From NCBI GenBank assembly GCA_963714015.1, contig OY970223.1, positions 736,001 through 800,000 of the forward strand: a stretch of 64,000 bases of DNA, in the 5' to 3' direction. Positions 8,845 through 19,526 of this stretch are shown one piece after another (the stretch's first letter is position 1; the number at the start of each line of letters is the position of its first letter). Source of the stretch: Vulcanimicrobiota bacterium (lineage in GTDB: Bacteria; Vulcanimicrobiota; Vulcanimicrobiia; Vulcanimicrobiales; Vulcanimicrobiaceae). The translations under genes and the position numbers were made by a program. The notes under the pieces are model-generated. The model ran no database searches and was not told the origin of the DNA. It was given only the letters and a program-made list of their open reading frames with translations.

Positions 8845-11800
8845 GTGAACCTCAAACAGATCAAGACGTTCGGATTCAAGACGTTTGCCGAACCCACGAC
8901 ACTGACGTTCGGAAACGGCATTACGGCTATCGTCGGCCCGAACGGGTCGGGCAAATCCAATCTCATCGACGCGTTCCGGTGGGTGCTCGGCGAGCAGAGC
9001 AGCAAGAGCTTGCGGTCGGGAAAGATGGAAGACGTCATCTTTGCGGGCAACGAGAAGCGCAAGCCGCTCGGTCTGGCCGAGGTCTCCATCCTTTTCGACA
9101 ACGGCGATCGCCGGCTGCCGATCGATTTTACGGAAGTCGAGATCACTCGCCGCGCGTATCGCGCCGGCGAGATCGAGTACTACATCAATCGCAATCAATG
9201 CCGCTTGCGCGATATCATGGATCTGCTGATGGGCACCGGCCTGGGCCCCGGCTCCTATTCGATCGTTTCGCAAGGGCAGATCGACGCCATTCTGACGAGC
9301 AAACCGGCGGATCGCCGGGCGCTGTTCGAAGAGACGGCCGGGATCAACAAATTTCTTGCGCGTAAGAACGAGTCGATGCGCCGCCTGGAGCAGACGGAGC
9401 AGAACGCGATCCGCATCAACGATCTCATTTCCGAACTGGAGCGCCGCGTTCCGGAACTCGACACGCAAGTCCGCCGGGCAAAGCGCTACCGGAAAGTCAG
9501 CGCGCGAGTGCGCGATTTGGAGATTCTCTCGTACCTGCGGGCGAGCGCCTCACGTCGCGCCGAACGGGAGACGCTGCGCGAACAGCTCGAACGCAACGAA
9601 GAGCTGCGATCTGCGGCCGCGGCCAAAGCGGCCTCCCTCGGCGCGCAGCTCGCGCAGAGCCGCACGACCGTCTATAAACACGAACTTGCGCTCGAAGAGC
9701 AACGCACGCAAAGCCAAAACCTGCGTTCCGATTTAGCGCGTTTGGAAGCGGACTACGCTGCAGCGCTCGCGCGGCGGGAAACGTTGGAGGCGCAGAGCAC
9801 GCAGACGTCGGAAGACGCCGCGCGCGTTCAGCACGAGCGCGAGACGCTTCAGACCGCGATCGCCGATCTCCAGAATCGGATTTCGCCGCTGCAAGCCGAA
9901 CTCGAAACGGCGCGCGATGCCGAATTGCAGACGCAAACCGCTCTCTCGCAAACGCGTGCCCAGCTCGATGAAATCTTCACGAAGCTCCGGGAGGTCGAAG
10001 CCGCCGCATCCGACCGCGCCGCGCGCAAGGCGGAGCGGCGCGTACAGAGTGAGAACGCCCGGGCGGAATCGGAGCGCCTGGAGCGCGAAGCCGCGGCTGC
10101 CCGCGCTTCGGCCGAGCAGTTGGAGATATCTGCCGGCTCCGCGATGCATCGCTACGGCGAGCAGCAGCAACAGCTGGCGCACCTGGAGTCGCAGCTGCTC
10201 GACGCGCGCGGGCGCGTCGAGGATGCCGAACGCGCCGTCACGCAAGCGCAGGGCGACGTCCTTCGCGCCACGACGGCACACCGCGAGTATTCGAGCGAAG
10301 TAGCCGCGGCCCAGTCGCGCCTGCACACGATCGAAGAGCTGGAGAACGCGCTCGAAGGCCACGTGCCCGGGACGCGCGCCGTCGTCGAAGCTTGGCAGCG
10401 CGGCGAACTTCGCGGCATCGAAGGCATTATTTCGAACTTGATTACCACCGACGAGCCGTACGCGCGCGCGATGGACATCGCTTTCGGCGCCCGTCTCTCG
10501 AACATCGTGACGCGTACTTCCGAAGACGCCGAGCGCGGAATCGACTACCTCAACGCAAAAGAACTGGGGCGCGCGACGTTCTTGCCGCTGGATACGCTGC
10601 AGAACCGTACCGGTAAAGAGCTGAACGGCGAGCTGCGCGGCGTGCGCGGCGTTATCGGTTATGCGCATACCCTCGTGCGCACGGATCCCCAGTATGAAAG
10701 CATCGTGCGGTTCCTCGTCGGCAACGTGCTGGTGGTCGACACGCTCCAGACCGGGATTTTTTTGGTGCGCAACCGCGGGCTGCGCGAAACCATCGTCACC
10801 CTTTCCGGCGAGCAGATTGCGGGCGGCGGAGCGATCACCGGAGGCCGCTATCAGCGCGAGAAGTCCATTCTTTCGCGGCGCGTGCAGGCGCAGACGCTGC
10901 GCGAGCAGCTGGTCGAGATGCAGTCGCGATTGGGCGAACTGGAGTCCGCGGTGCAACAAGCGGCGCGTTACGGCGAAGCTTCGATCGGCGTGCGCGAGCA
11001 AGCACAAGCGGCATTGCGGCGAGCGGAGATTGGCGCCACCGAGGTTCGCGGCGAGATGGCGAGCGTTTCCGCCGAGATCGAGCGCGTCGACCGCGAGCTC
11101 GGCGCTGCACGCCTGCGCGCGGAGGAATTGCGCGCGCAAGCTGCTGCCGCGCGGGAGCGGGAACGCAGTTTCGAAGGCGCTCCCACCGAAGATGCGCGCA
11201 GCGATGAAGAACGCCGGCGGCTCGAGTCGGAACTCGGGCTGGCTCGGGAACGGATTGCGCAAGCCGAATCCGCGCAGGCCGGTACGAGCGCGCGCGCCGG
11301 AGATCTTCGGGAGCGTTTTGCCGCCCTCACTGCGGAGCGGGACGGTGCCAAGGCGCGCCTGGGCATCATCGACCAAGACAGCCGGCGGGCGCGAATTGCA
11401 CGTGAAGCGATGGAAAGCGAGATCGCGCAGCTTACGGCGCAGACCTCGGAATCGGCGCGCAAAGTGGAAGCGCTACGCGCGGACGTCTTTGCCGCAGATG
11501 GGCGGTTCGATGCCGCGCGCCGCGAGCGCGAGGTCCTGAGCGATCGCGTTACGCGTCTCGAGGCGGATGTGCGTACCGCGGAGATCGAGGAGCGCGAGGC
11601 GCAGGCGGGCGGCGAGCGCCATCGCACGCGGCTCGCCGAGATCGAAGCCGAGCTCGGCATGCTGGTCTCACAGTTCGCGCAGAATCCCGCGGCCGACGAC
11701 GAATGCCGCGACGTCGAAGATCGCTACCGCGACGAACCGGACGCCGTAGCCGAGGATCTCCCACGGCTGCGCGAAGAGCTCGCTCGTCTCTCCGCCAACG

Positions 11801-12417
11801 TGAATTTGAACGCCGAAGCGGATCGAGAAGACCTCGCGCAGCGCGAACAGTTCCTGCGCGCGCAGCTCGACGACCTTTCAAAAGCGCGCGAGACGCTGCT
11901 TGCCTCGATTCGCGAGATCGAACAGCAGACGCAAGCGCGCTTCAACCAGACGTTCGATCAAGTCGCCGAGGCCTTCACGCAGATGTACGCCAAGCTCTTT
12001 CCCGGCGGACAAGCAAAAATGTGGCAGACCAATCCCGAGAGTCTCTCGGAGACCGGAATCGAGATCTCCGTTCAGCCTCCGGGTAAGAAGCTGATGCCGC
12101 TCCCGAGCTTGTCCGGCGGCGAACGAGCGATGACCGCAGCCGCGCTGATCTTCGCGCTCATCAAAGTGCGTCCGTCGCCGTTCTATTTGCTCGACGAAGT
12201 CGATGCCGCGCTCGACGACGCGAACGTCGAACGCTTCTCGAGTATGGTGCGAGAGCTCGCCACCGACTCGCAGATGATCATCGTAACGCACAATAAGCAG
12301 ACGATGGAGCTCGCCGATCGCATGTACGGCGTGACGATGGGCGAAGCAGGGATCAGCTCGCTGATCTCGGCCGAGCTTGGCGCTCGCGAACGGGAACCGG
12401 AGCCCGCGATTGCCTGA
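8845..12417 (+). CDS. smc: Chromosome segregation protein SMC
   Basis: Walker A 'GPNGSGKSN', long coiled coils, hinge 'GRATFLPL', 'LSGGE', 'LLDEVDAALD'. Confidence 0.98.
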   Translation: MNLKQIKTFGFKTFAEPTTLTFGNGITAIVGPNGSGKSNLIDAFRWVLGEQSSKSLRSGKMEDVIFAGNEKRKPLGLAEVSILFDNGDRRLPIDFTEVEITRRAYRAGEIEYYINRNQCRLRDIMDLLMGTGLGPGSYSIVSQGQIDAILTSKPADRRALFEETAGINKFLARKNESMRRLEQTEQNAIRINDLISELERRVPELDTQVRRAKRYRKVSARVRDLEILSYLRASASRRAERETLREQLERNEELRSAAAAKAASLGAQLAQSRTTVYKHELALEEQRTQSQNLRSDLARLEADYAAALARRETLEAQSTQTSEDAARVQHERETLQTAIADLQNRISPLQAELETARDAELQTQTALSQTRAQLDEIFTKLREVEAAASDRAARKAERRVQSENARAESERLEREAAAARASAEQLEISAGSAMHRYGEQQQQLAHLESQLLDARGRVEDAERAVTQAQGDVLRATTAHREYSSEVAAAQSRLHTIEELENALEGHVPGTRAVVEAWQRGELRGIEGIISNLITTDEPYARAMDIAFGARLSNIVTRTSEDAERGIDYLNAKELGRATFLPLDTLQNRTGKELNGELRGVRGVIGYAHTLVRTDPQYESIVRFLVGNVLVVDTLQTGIFLVRNRGLRETIVTLSGEQIAGGGAITGGRYQREKSILSRRVQAQTLREQLVEMQSRLGELESAVQQAARYGEASIGVREQAQAALRRAEIGATEVRGEMASVSAEIERVDRELGAARLRAEELRAQAAAARERERSFEGAPTEDARSDEERRRLESELGLARERIAQAESAQAGTSARAGDLRERFAALTAERDGAKARLGIIDQDSRRARIAREAMESEIAQLTAQTSESARKVEALRADVFAADGRFDAARREREVLSDRVTRLEADVRTAEIEEREAQAGGERHRTRLAEIEAELGMLVSQFAQNPAADDECRDVEDRYRDEPDAVAEDLPRLREELARLSANVNLNAEADREDLAQREQFLRAQLDDLSKARETLLASIREIEQQTQARFNQTFDQVAEAFTQMYAKLFPGGQAKMWQTNPESLSETGIEISVQPPGKKLMPLPSLSGGERAMTAAALIFALIKVRPSPFYLLDEVDAALDDANVERFSSMVRELATDSQMIIVTHNKQTMELADRMYGVTMGEAGISSLISAELGAREREPEPAIA

Positions 12418-13973
12418 AGCGGCGCTGCTCTCGCTTTCGGATAAGACGGGCGCAGCCGAAGTCGGCAAGGCACTCGCGGACCGCGGCGTCGGCATCTTCG
12501 CGACCGGCGGCACCCGATCGTTTTTGGCCCAGCACGGCATCGCCGCGCGGGACGTCGAGGAGTTGACCGGCTTTCCGCCGCTGTTCGACGGCCGTGTCAA
12601 GACGCTGCATCCGAAGGTCTTCGGCGCGATTTTATACGATCGCGCAAAATCCGCACACCGCGAACAAGCGCGCGTGTACAACATCCACGACATTCGCTAT
12701 TTGATCGTGAACCTGTATCCGTTCGAAGCTACGGCGGCGCGCGAGGGAACCACCATTGCCGAAGCGATCGAGCAGATCGACATCGGCGGCGTTTCGCTGC
12801 TGCGTGCCGCGGCGAAAAATTTCGCCCACCTTACGGTGCTCAGTCATTCCTCGCAGTACGCGGCGTTTTTGAAAGCATTGCCGCAGGGCGGCCCGGACGA
12901 AGCCTGCCCGTCGCCGCCTGGCAGTCGCGGCGTTCGAACGCACCGCCGAATACGACGCCGCCATCGCGCATTATCTCGCCACGAAAGGCACCGTGCTGCC
13001 GAGCGAACTTCCGGGCGCGCTAACGCTGACGCTGCCGCTCGGCCAGCCGTTGCGATACGGCGAGAATCCGCAGATGCGCGCAGCGTTTTACTTGGACGGC
13101 TCGCGCCGTCTTCCGGAGCAACTGCACGGCAAAGAGCTTTCGTACAATAATCTGCTCGATCTGGACGCTACGCTGCGCCTGCTTTCCCGCGCTCCGCTGG
13201 GTGCGCAAATTGGATCGGAGCCGGAACGGTTCGTGCGCGCGGCAATCGTCAAACACACCGTTCCGTGCGGCGTTGCGCAGCGTTCCAGCGCTACGAAGGC
13301 CCTGCGCGACGCGCTCGACGCCGATCCGGTTTCCGCATATGGCGGAATCATTGCGGTCGACGCGCCGGTCGATGCGCAGAGCGCGCAGGCCCTCTCCTCG
13401 TTTTTTTTGGAGATCGTCGCGGCGCCGCAGTTCGATGCCGAAGCACTTGAAATTCTGAAAAAAAAGAAGAACCTGCGGATCATGCGTTACGCGCCTTCGC
13501 TGCCTGACGAACTGCAGCGCGAATTGCAGCTGCGCAGCGCGCTTGGCGGCGTGCTCGCGGAGGAAGAGAACGCCGGCCACAAACCGGAGACTTGGCGCGT
13601 GGTCAGCAAACGTCAGCCGCAGGCGCAGGAATGGCACGATCTCGCATTTGCCTGGGACGTCGTCCGGCACGTCAAGAGCAACGGCGTCGTCATAGCCAAG
13701 GCCGGAGCGACGAGGGGGATCTGCGCGGGTCAGACCAACCGCGTGAGCGCCGTGAAAATTGCCGGCGTGCGGGCGGGCGAGAACGCCAAAGGGGCGGCCT
13801 GCGCGAGCGACGGCTACTTTCCGTTTCCGGACGGGCTCGAGGAGGCGGCCCGCGCCGGGTGCACCGCCGTAATTGCGCCGGAGGGCTCGGTTCGCGACGC
13901 GCTGGTCGTCGAGGCGGCCGATCGCCTTGGAGTGGCGCTCGTCTTCTCGACCCGCCGGTACTTTTTGCACTGA
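12410..13973 (+). CDS. purH: Bifunctional AICAR transformylase/IMP cyclohydrolase, frameshift near 12910
   Basis: 'LSLSDKTG', 'GRVKTLHP', 'IDIGG', 'LRYGENPQ', 'HVKSN', 'ASDGYFPF'. Confidence 0.93.
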
Positions 13974-13984
13974 CGCCGGCGCTG

Positions 13985-13990
13985 TATAGT
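13985..13990 (+). promoter_or_regulatory. Possible -10 hexamer of a leaderless promoter
   Basis: TATAGT ends 6 nt before the ATG at 13997; no strong SD. Confidence 0.35.
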
Positions 13991-13996
13991 AGGCGC

Positions 13997-14398
13997 ATGA
14001 CGCGCTACCTCCACACGTCGATCTTCGTGAACGACATGCAGCAGTCGATAGACTTCTATACCCGGAAGCTCGGCCTCAAATTGCTCGACGGGCCGCATCA
14101 CTATCCGGGCAATGCGGACATGGCCTTCGTCGGAAACGACTGGAACGCGTACATCGAACTGGTGTACGACCTCGAGGATCATCCGCCGTACGAGCTGGGC
14201 AACCGCTACGAGCATTTGGCGATCGAGGCGAGCGGTGAGCTGGAGCAGTTGATCTCCGATCTGCGCGAGCAGGGCGTGAAGATTCTGAAAGACGTAAAAC
14301 GTTCGCCGGGCGGTACGCGCGCAATCGCCTTCGTCGAAGATCCCAACGGAATTCCGGTGGAGATTCTCGAACCTCGGACGGCGCAAGTACTTTCCTGA
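13997..14398 (+). CDS. VOC/glyoxalase family protein (lactoylglutathione lyase-like)
   Basis: 'YLHTSIFV..SIDFYT..LGL', 'IELVY', 'YEHLAI', 'FVEDPNGIPVEI'. Confidence 0.88.
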   Translation: MTRYLHTSIFVNDMQQSIDFYTRKLGLKLLDGPHHYPGNADMAFVGNDWNAYIELVYDLEDHPPYELGNRYEHLAIEASGELEQLISDLREQGVKILKDVKRSPGGTRAIAFVEDPNGIPVEILEPRTAQVLS

Positions 14399-14414
14399 AG
14401 ACGTAGTTCGAGCG

Positions 14415-14939
14415 ATGAAGAGTTTGCTGCAGGCAGCGGTTTTAAGCATTGTAATGACGCAAAGTTTCGGCGACCGGGTTGCGCAGATCACGCAGCGCAT
14501 CACGAGCGCCCAGGCGGCGCACACGGTCTCTTCCGCGCAGCAGGCGCTCTTTCAAGCCGAACTTGCGGCGGCGAACACCGCAAACCAACACAACGACGCG
14601 CGGGCAAATGCCATGCTCGACGACGTCGAGCGGCAGCTCACGCCGATCGATCACGTCCTTACGCGCGCCAATGACGGCGGCGCGCTGGTGGTTCATCAAG
14701 GCGACCAAGTCGTCGTCGCGTTCCACGATCCGTACACGTACGATATTCATTTGTCCAAAACGGGCATCATCGCAATCAAGCCCGGCATCATGTGGATACG
14801 CGGCGTGCAAGGCATTTACGTCGCCAAGACGGCCGGAGTCGTCCGGATGACGATGAATCCTCGTCCGGGCGTTACACCCTCGCCGCCGCCCTCGCTGCAA
14901 AACACGCTGGTCTTTACGATCGTGGTTTTGCCGTCCTAA
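14415..14939 (+). CDS. Hypothetical secreted protein
   Basis: Signal-peptide-like N-terminus, helical region, beta-rich C-terminus; fills the gap between neighbours. Confidence 0.6.
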   Translation: MKSLLQAAVLSIVMTQSFGDRVAQITQRITSAQAAHTVSSAQQALFQAELAAANTANQHNDARANAMLDDVERQLTPIDHVLTRANDGGALVVHQGDQVVVAFHDPYTYDIHLSKTGIIAIKPGIMWIRGVQGIYVAKTAGVVRMTMNPRPGVTPSPPPSLQNTLVFTIVVLPS

Positions 14940-16012
14940 CGATAGACGAACGGATCCGTGGGAGGCGCGATTGGCTGCAAAAGTTCCGCTTTCAGTTCAA
15001 GGCCATCCCGGGAATCCACTAGTGTTCCGCGCGCGTGGACCCAGCCGGCCAGCCAATGCGGCGCATCGGCAATGCGCACGGCGATTGGTGCGGCGTCGGC
15101 ACGGCAGCACGTAATCGCATAACGCACGAGCGACGTTTCGTTCGCAGATCGCGTGACTGAACCGGTAAAGTCCAGCCGCTCACCTGGGAAAGCCCCGGCC
15201 AGCGTCGTTTCGCTCGCGTAATACTGCGGCGGCGGAACGGAAAGTACCGAGCCGGCCAGCATGATCGCCGGCGCGATGCGCGCCGGCCAGCAGCTTTCCC
15301 GGCGGTGAACGTGCGCAAGCCAAAGCGATACGCCCGCGCACGGCCAAAGCGCAGCGGCGATACGCGGATGGACCAGGCCGGCGCCGCCGCGGCCGGCCGC
15401 CAAAGCGCAAGCTGCGGTTAGCAGCAGATAGCCGAGCACGTCGTGCGAAACATGGACGCGGCGCGTGCCGAACCACGTTCGAACATCCACTATTCCGGCC
15501 GCGCACAAGAACCCGGCGGCCGACACGGGAAGCGTAACGCGCAGCGACGCCGCAAAAGCCGCCGCGCTGATGCCGCAAGGCGACATCAAGATCGCGCAGA
15601 GAGCACCGGCGCCGAATGCAATCGGGGGTGAAGGACGCAAACCCAAAACGACCGGCGCAAAAAGTGAAACGCACGCCCCGATCGCCGCAGCCGGAGCGAT
15701 CCCCAGCAACTGCGAGAGCGCGCCGTCGCCGCGAGCGTCGTTGCAGGCGTGCGGAAGTAAGCGCGCGATCAATGTGCCTGCTGCAAGCCGCGCCGCGGCG
15801 ACGAACGGCCCGAAGATCGCGCAGACCGCGGCGGCAGCGGGCAAAGAACGCGCGGAAGGTCCCGTCCCGCACCCGCATCCGAGATACGGAACCATCCACC
15901 CGCTGCGCCGCAGCGGCGTTCCGGCGAGAACCGCAGCGGCAAGAACGAACGGGGCGCTTTCGAGCAATGTCGCTGCACACGTCACGAGCAACGCCGTCGC
16001 CATGCTGCTCAT
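14936..16012 (-). CDS. Membrane protein, permease-like N-terminus fused to DUF1980/YcgQ-like C-terminus
   Basis: 'LLESAPFVL...GCGCG...SPCG' in the TM part; 'RYAITCCRADA...WVHARG...PPTDPFVY' at the C-terminus. Confidence 0.65.
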   Translation of the reverse strand: MSSMATALLVTCAATLLESAPFVLAAAVLAGTPLRRSGWMVPYLGCGCGTGPSARSLPAAAAVCAIFGPFVAAARLAAGTLIARLLPHACNDARGDGALSQLLGIAPAAAIGACVSLFAPVVLGLRPSPPIAFGAGALCAILMSPCGISAAAFAASLRVTLPVSAAGFLCAAGIVDVRTWFGTRRVHVSHDVLGYLLLTAACALAAGRGGAGLVHPRIAAALWPCAGVSLWLAHVHRRESCWPARIAPAIMLAGSVLSVPPPQYYASETTLAGAFPGERLDFTGSVTRSANETSLVRYAITCCRADAAPIAVRIADAPHWLAGWVHARGTLVDSRDGLELKAELLQPIAPPTDPFVYR

Positions 16013-16057
16013 TCACGCAAAGGGTCGCGGTCGTCTAGTGGGAAGTTGCCCTAACCC

Positions 16058-17327
16058 ATGGCCCAGAACATCACCGCACCGCGGGGAACGCAGGATTTCA
16101 TCCCGCCGCAGACCTCGCGATGGCAAGAGCTCGAATCGCGGATTCACATGCTCGCCCGGCGCTACGGATACGGCGAGCTGCGCACGCCGATCTTCGAGGC
16201 GACGGAGCTCTTCGTGCGCGGCGTGGGCGAGGCCACGGACATCGTCGACAAAGAGATGTACACGTTCGTCGACAAGGGCGATCGCAGCATGACGCTGCGG
16301 CCCGAATTCACCGCGCCTATCGTTCGCGCGGCGATCGAACACAATCTCTTCGCGCAAGGCCCGCAGCGGCTGTATTACCTGGGACCGATTTTCCGCTACG
16401 AGCGTCCGCAGAAAGGACGCTACCGCCAAGCGCATCAGTTCGGCATCGAATGTTCCGGGTTCGCGGGTCCCGAGGCCGACGTTGAAGTGATGGCGCTCGC
16501 GATGCATCTCTTCAGGACGTATGGTCTGAACGTGGTACTGCGTTTGAACTCGATCGGCGACGAGCAATGCCGCCCGCGCTACCGCGAGGCACTGCTGGCG
16601 CATTTCAGGCCGCATCTCGAACAGCTCAGCGCGGAGTCGCAGCGCCGTTTGGAGCGCAACCCGCTGCGTCTGCTGGACAGCAAGTCCCCCGAGGATCAGC
16701 CGTTTCTGGACTCCGCTCCGAAATTCCAGGAGTATCTTTGCGATGCGTGCCGCGTCCACTTTGACGGCGTAAAACGGTATCTGGAGCACATTGCCGTTCC
16801 GTACGCCGTCGACGCGCGTATCGTTCGCGGACTGGATTACTACACGCGCACGGTCTTCGAATTTACTTCGGATGCGCTCGGCGCGCAAAGCACGGTCTGC
16901 GCGGGCGGCAGGTACGACAAACTGATCGAGTCACTGGGCGGCCCCGACGTTCCGTCGGTCGGCTTCGCGCTTGGGATGGAGCGTTTGCTGCTTACGATCG
17001 ATGCAGTGGATCCGCTCGCGGAATCGGTGCGCGGCGGCGTGCAAGTCGTTGCGCTCGGCGAACAGGCGCGCGAAGTCCTGGTGACGCTCACCGCGCTGCT
17101 GCGCTACTCCCTTACCGTGCCGGTGTTCATGGACTACGACGATCGCAAACTGCTGGCGCCAGTTGAAGACCGCAGACCGCAACAACGCGCGCTACGCGCT
17201 GATCGTCGGCAGCGACGAAGTAGCGGCCGGCGAAGCGATTCTGCGCGATCTGAGCGAGCGCTCGGACCGCCGCGTCCCGCTCGGAAAAGACTTGGTGCCG
17301 TCTTTAGTGGAACTACTGCAAACATGA
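16058..17327 (+). CDS. hisS: Histidine--tRNA ligase, frameshift near 17160
   Basis: 'PRGTQDF', 'LRPEFTA', 'FRYERPQKGRYRQ', 'RGLDYY', 'GGRYD'; anticodon domain ends in a shifted frame '...ELLQT*'. Confidence 0.96.
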
Positions 17328-17329
17328 AC

Positions 17330-17460
17330 GTGCGTGGTACCCGTCCCCAGGGAGCCTTCGAATTGCGGCCCGTTTCACGGGCCCCGCGGTCATGGGGGAC
17401 CCGCGCTCAGATGGGTGCGCGGCTCGGAACGGAGCGCCTTTCAAAACGGAGCGCCTTGCA
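17330..17460 (+). repeat. Structured intergenic element related to the 63-kb tandem repeat unit
   Basis: ATGGGGGACCCGCGCT...TGGGTGCGCGG...CGGAGCGCCTTTCAAAA; hairpin GGCCCGT-TTC-ACGGGCC; AACGGAGCGCCTT duplicated at 17428 and 17445. Confidence 0.6.
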
Positions 17461-17462
17461 GA

Positions 17463-17922
17463 ATGGCGGCTGACTCGCCGGAGACCGAAACGCTCAAGAG
17501 CCTGCTCGAGATCATGCACGAGCACGACCTCGACGCGCTCAAAGTCAAGGTCGGCGACAAGATTTTCGAACTGGTGCGTCGCGAAGGCGCCGTCGCCATC
17601 GTGCCGGGCCATGCCCCCGCTGCAGCGGGCGCAGCGCTAACGTCTTCAACGTCCCCCGGGGCGTCGGCGGCGGCTCCGCCCAACGTCAAGAAAGTCACTG
17701 CTCCGCTGGTAGGCGTGTTCTACGCCGCCCCGTCTCCGGACGCCGAGCCGTTCGTAAAGGCCGGCGATCGCGTGGAAGCCGGCCAGGTGCTCTGCATTCT
17801 GGAAGCGATGAAGCTGTTCAACGAGATCACGAGCGACTACGCGGGCGTCGTTGCGCGAATCATTCCGGAGAACGGAGAGCTGCGTCTCGCTCGGTCAGGA
17901 GATGTTTTGGATAGAACCGTAG
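17463..17922 (+). CDS. accB: Acetyl-CoA carboxylase biotin carboxyl carrier protein, frameshift near 17882
   Basis: '[13 protein letters not shown]...[11 protein letters not shown]'; shifted frame ends '[12 protein letters not shown]'. Confidence 0.92.
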
Positions 17923-18500
17923 ACGTCAAAGGAGAGCGGGGTTTCGACGAGCTGCTTGCGGATCGCCGCGGAATCTACGATGCGCCGCACTACCGCGGAC
18001 AGTGCGAAGCGATAGCGGACGCGATGGTGAAAGCACTGCGGCGCGGCAACAAGATGTTATGGATGGGCAACGGCGGAAGCGCGGCCGAGGCCCAGCACAT
18101 GGCCGCCGAGCTCAGCGGGCGCTTTCTGCGCGAACGCCCAGGATTGTACAGCGAAGCACTCTCGGTCAACACGTCGACGCTGACCGCAATCGGCAACGAT
18201 TACGGCTACGACCAGGTGTTCCGCCGCCAGATCGAAGCGTTCGTGCAGCCGGGTGACGTCGTGGTTGCAATGACGACAAGCGGAAGCTCAAAGAACATCG
18301 TGCTGGCCCTCGAGGAAGCGCGTAAACGCGAGGCCGTAACCGTGGCGTTCACCGGAAACGGCGGCGGCCCGGTCGCGCAGATCGCCGATCTCACGCTGCT
18401 CGGTCCGCACGGCTACTCGGCGATCGTTCAAGAAGTGCATCAAACGATGGCGCACATCATCTGCGATCTCGTGGAGCAGCGGATCCTGTTCGAAACCTGA
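17907..18500 (+). CDS. gmhA: Phosphoheptose (sedoheptulose-7-phosphate) isomerase
   Basis: '[11 protein letters not shown]', 'AIGNDYGY', 'TSGSSKN', 'VQEVH'; AGGAG upstream of the TTG start. Confidence 0.9.
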   Translation: MDRTVDVKGERGFDELLADRRGIYDAPHYRGQCEAIADAMVKALRRGNKMLWMGNGGSAAEAQHMAAELSGRFLRERPGLYSEALSVNTSTLTAIGNDYGYDQVFRRQIEAFVQPGDVVVAMTTSGSSKNIVLALEEARKREAVTVAFTGNGGGPVAQIADLTLLGPHGYSAIVQEVHQTMAHIICDLVEQRILFET

Positions 18501-18538
18501 GTGTCGTTTGCGACGAAGCCTTACGGCGCGGCACTAGC

Positions 18539-19526
18539 ATGACAATGCAAACGCTGGCGCCTCCCGATGCCCGATCGCTCTTCGAACGCATGCGCCAGCG
18601 GCGCGTGCTCGTCGTCGGCGACGCAATGGTCGACGAGTGGATCTGGGGAACCGTGACCCGCATTTCGCCGGAGGCACCGGTTCCGGTGGTTGCGGTCAAC
18701 GATCATTCCTTCACCCTGGGGGGCGCCGGAAACGTCGCGAGCAATCTTCGCGCGCTCGATGCGGAGGTACGCTTTGCGGCCGCCATCGGCAAAGACGCTT
18801 TTGCGCACTACGTCGCGGACATTCTCGCGCGCAACAGGCATCTCCGGGGAGGGGCTGATCACCATCGAGGACCGTCCGACGACGCGAAAGACGCGCGTCG
18901 TCGCGCATAACCAGCAAGTGGTCCGAGCGGATTGGGAGTCGACGAAGCCGCTCTCCGAGTCGGACCGCGACCGGCTCGCGGGCGTCGTGCGGAAGCTCGC
19001 CAAAGACGTCGACGCGGTCGTGCTGAGCGACTATGCAAAGGGTCTTTTCTCGCGAGAGATCGTGGAAGCGGCACTGGGGTGCGCGACTGTAGTCGCCGAT
19101 CCGAAACCGCAAAACTTGAGCATCTTCAGCGGCGTGACATGCGTAGCGCCGAACGCTGCGGAGGCGGCGCAGGCGACGGGAATCGCCATCGAAGACGAGC
19201 GTTCGCTGGAAGCCGCCGGCGCGAAGCTGCTCGAACTGCTGCAGTGCCGATACGTCGTGATTACCCGCGGCGAACATGGAATGTCCCTTTTTGGGCGCGG
19301 CGGAGAGCATTTGCACGTTCCGTCGGTCGCTCGTACCGTTTTCGACGTCAGCGGCGCCGGCGACACCGTCGTGGCGGTACTCTCGCTCGCGCTCGCGGCC
19401 GGCGCGCCGATCGAACTTGCCATGCAGCTCGCAAACTTTGCAGCCGGCGCCGTAGTGGAAAAACTTGGAACCGCCACCGCTTCGGCGGACGAGATTCTGG
19501 CGCTCGTGGAACATGGACACGGCTGA
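18539..19526 (+). CDS. rfaE1: D-glycero-beta-D-manno-heptose-7-phosphate kinase (RfaE domain I), frameshift near 18830
   Basis: 'VVGDAMVD...RISPEAPVPV...GGAGNVA', 'LSDYAKG', 'DVSGAGDTV'. Confidence 0.9.

Noticed and set aside
9733..11376. Long antisense ORFs (also 7791-8753, 57092-57808, 61559-62872 and others)
   Set aside because: These are shadow ORFs opposite well-conserved genes, expected in high-GC DNA, with no recognisable motifs.
17334..18500. AccB-GmhA fusion protein in the ORF track
   Set aside because: Removing one base near 17882 restores a normal AccB C-terminus with a stop at 17922, and gmhA has its own SD and TTG start; likely an indel artefact.
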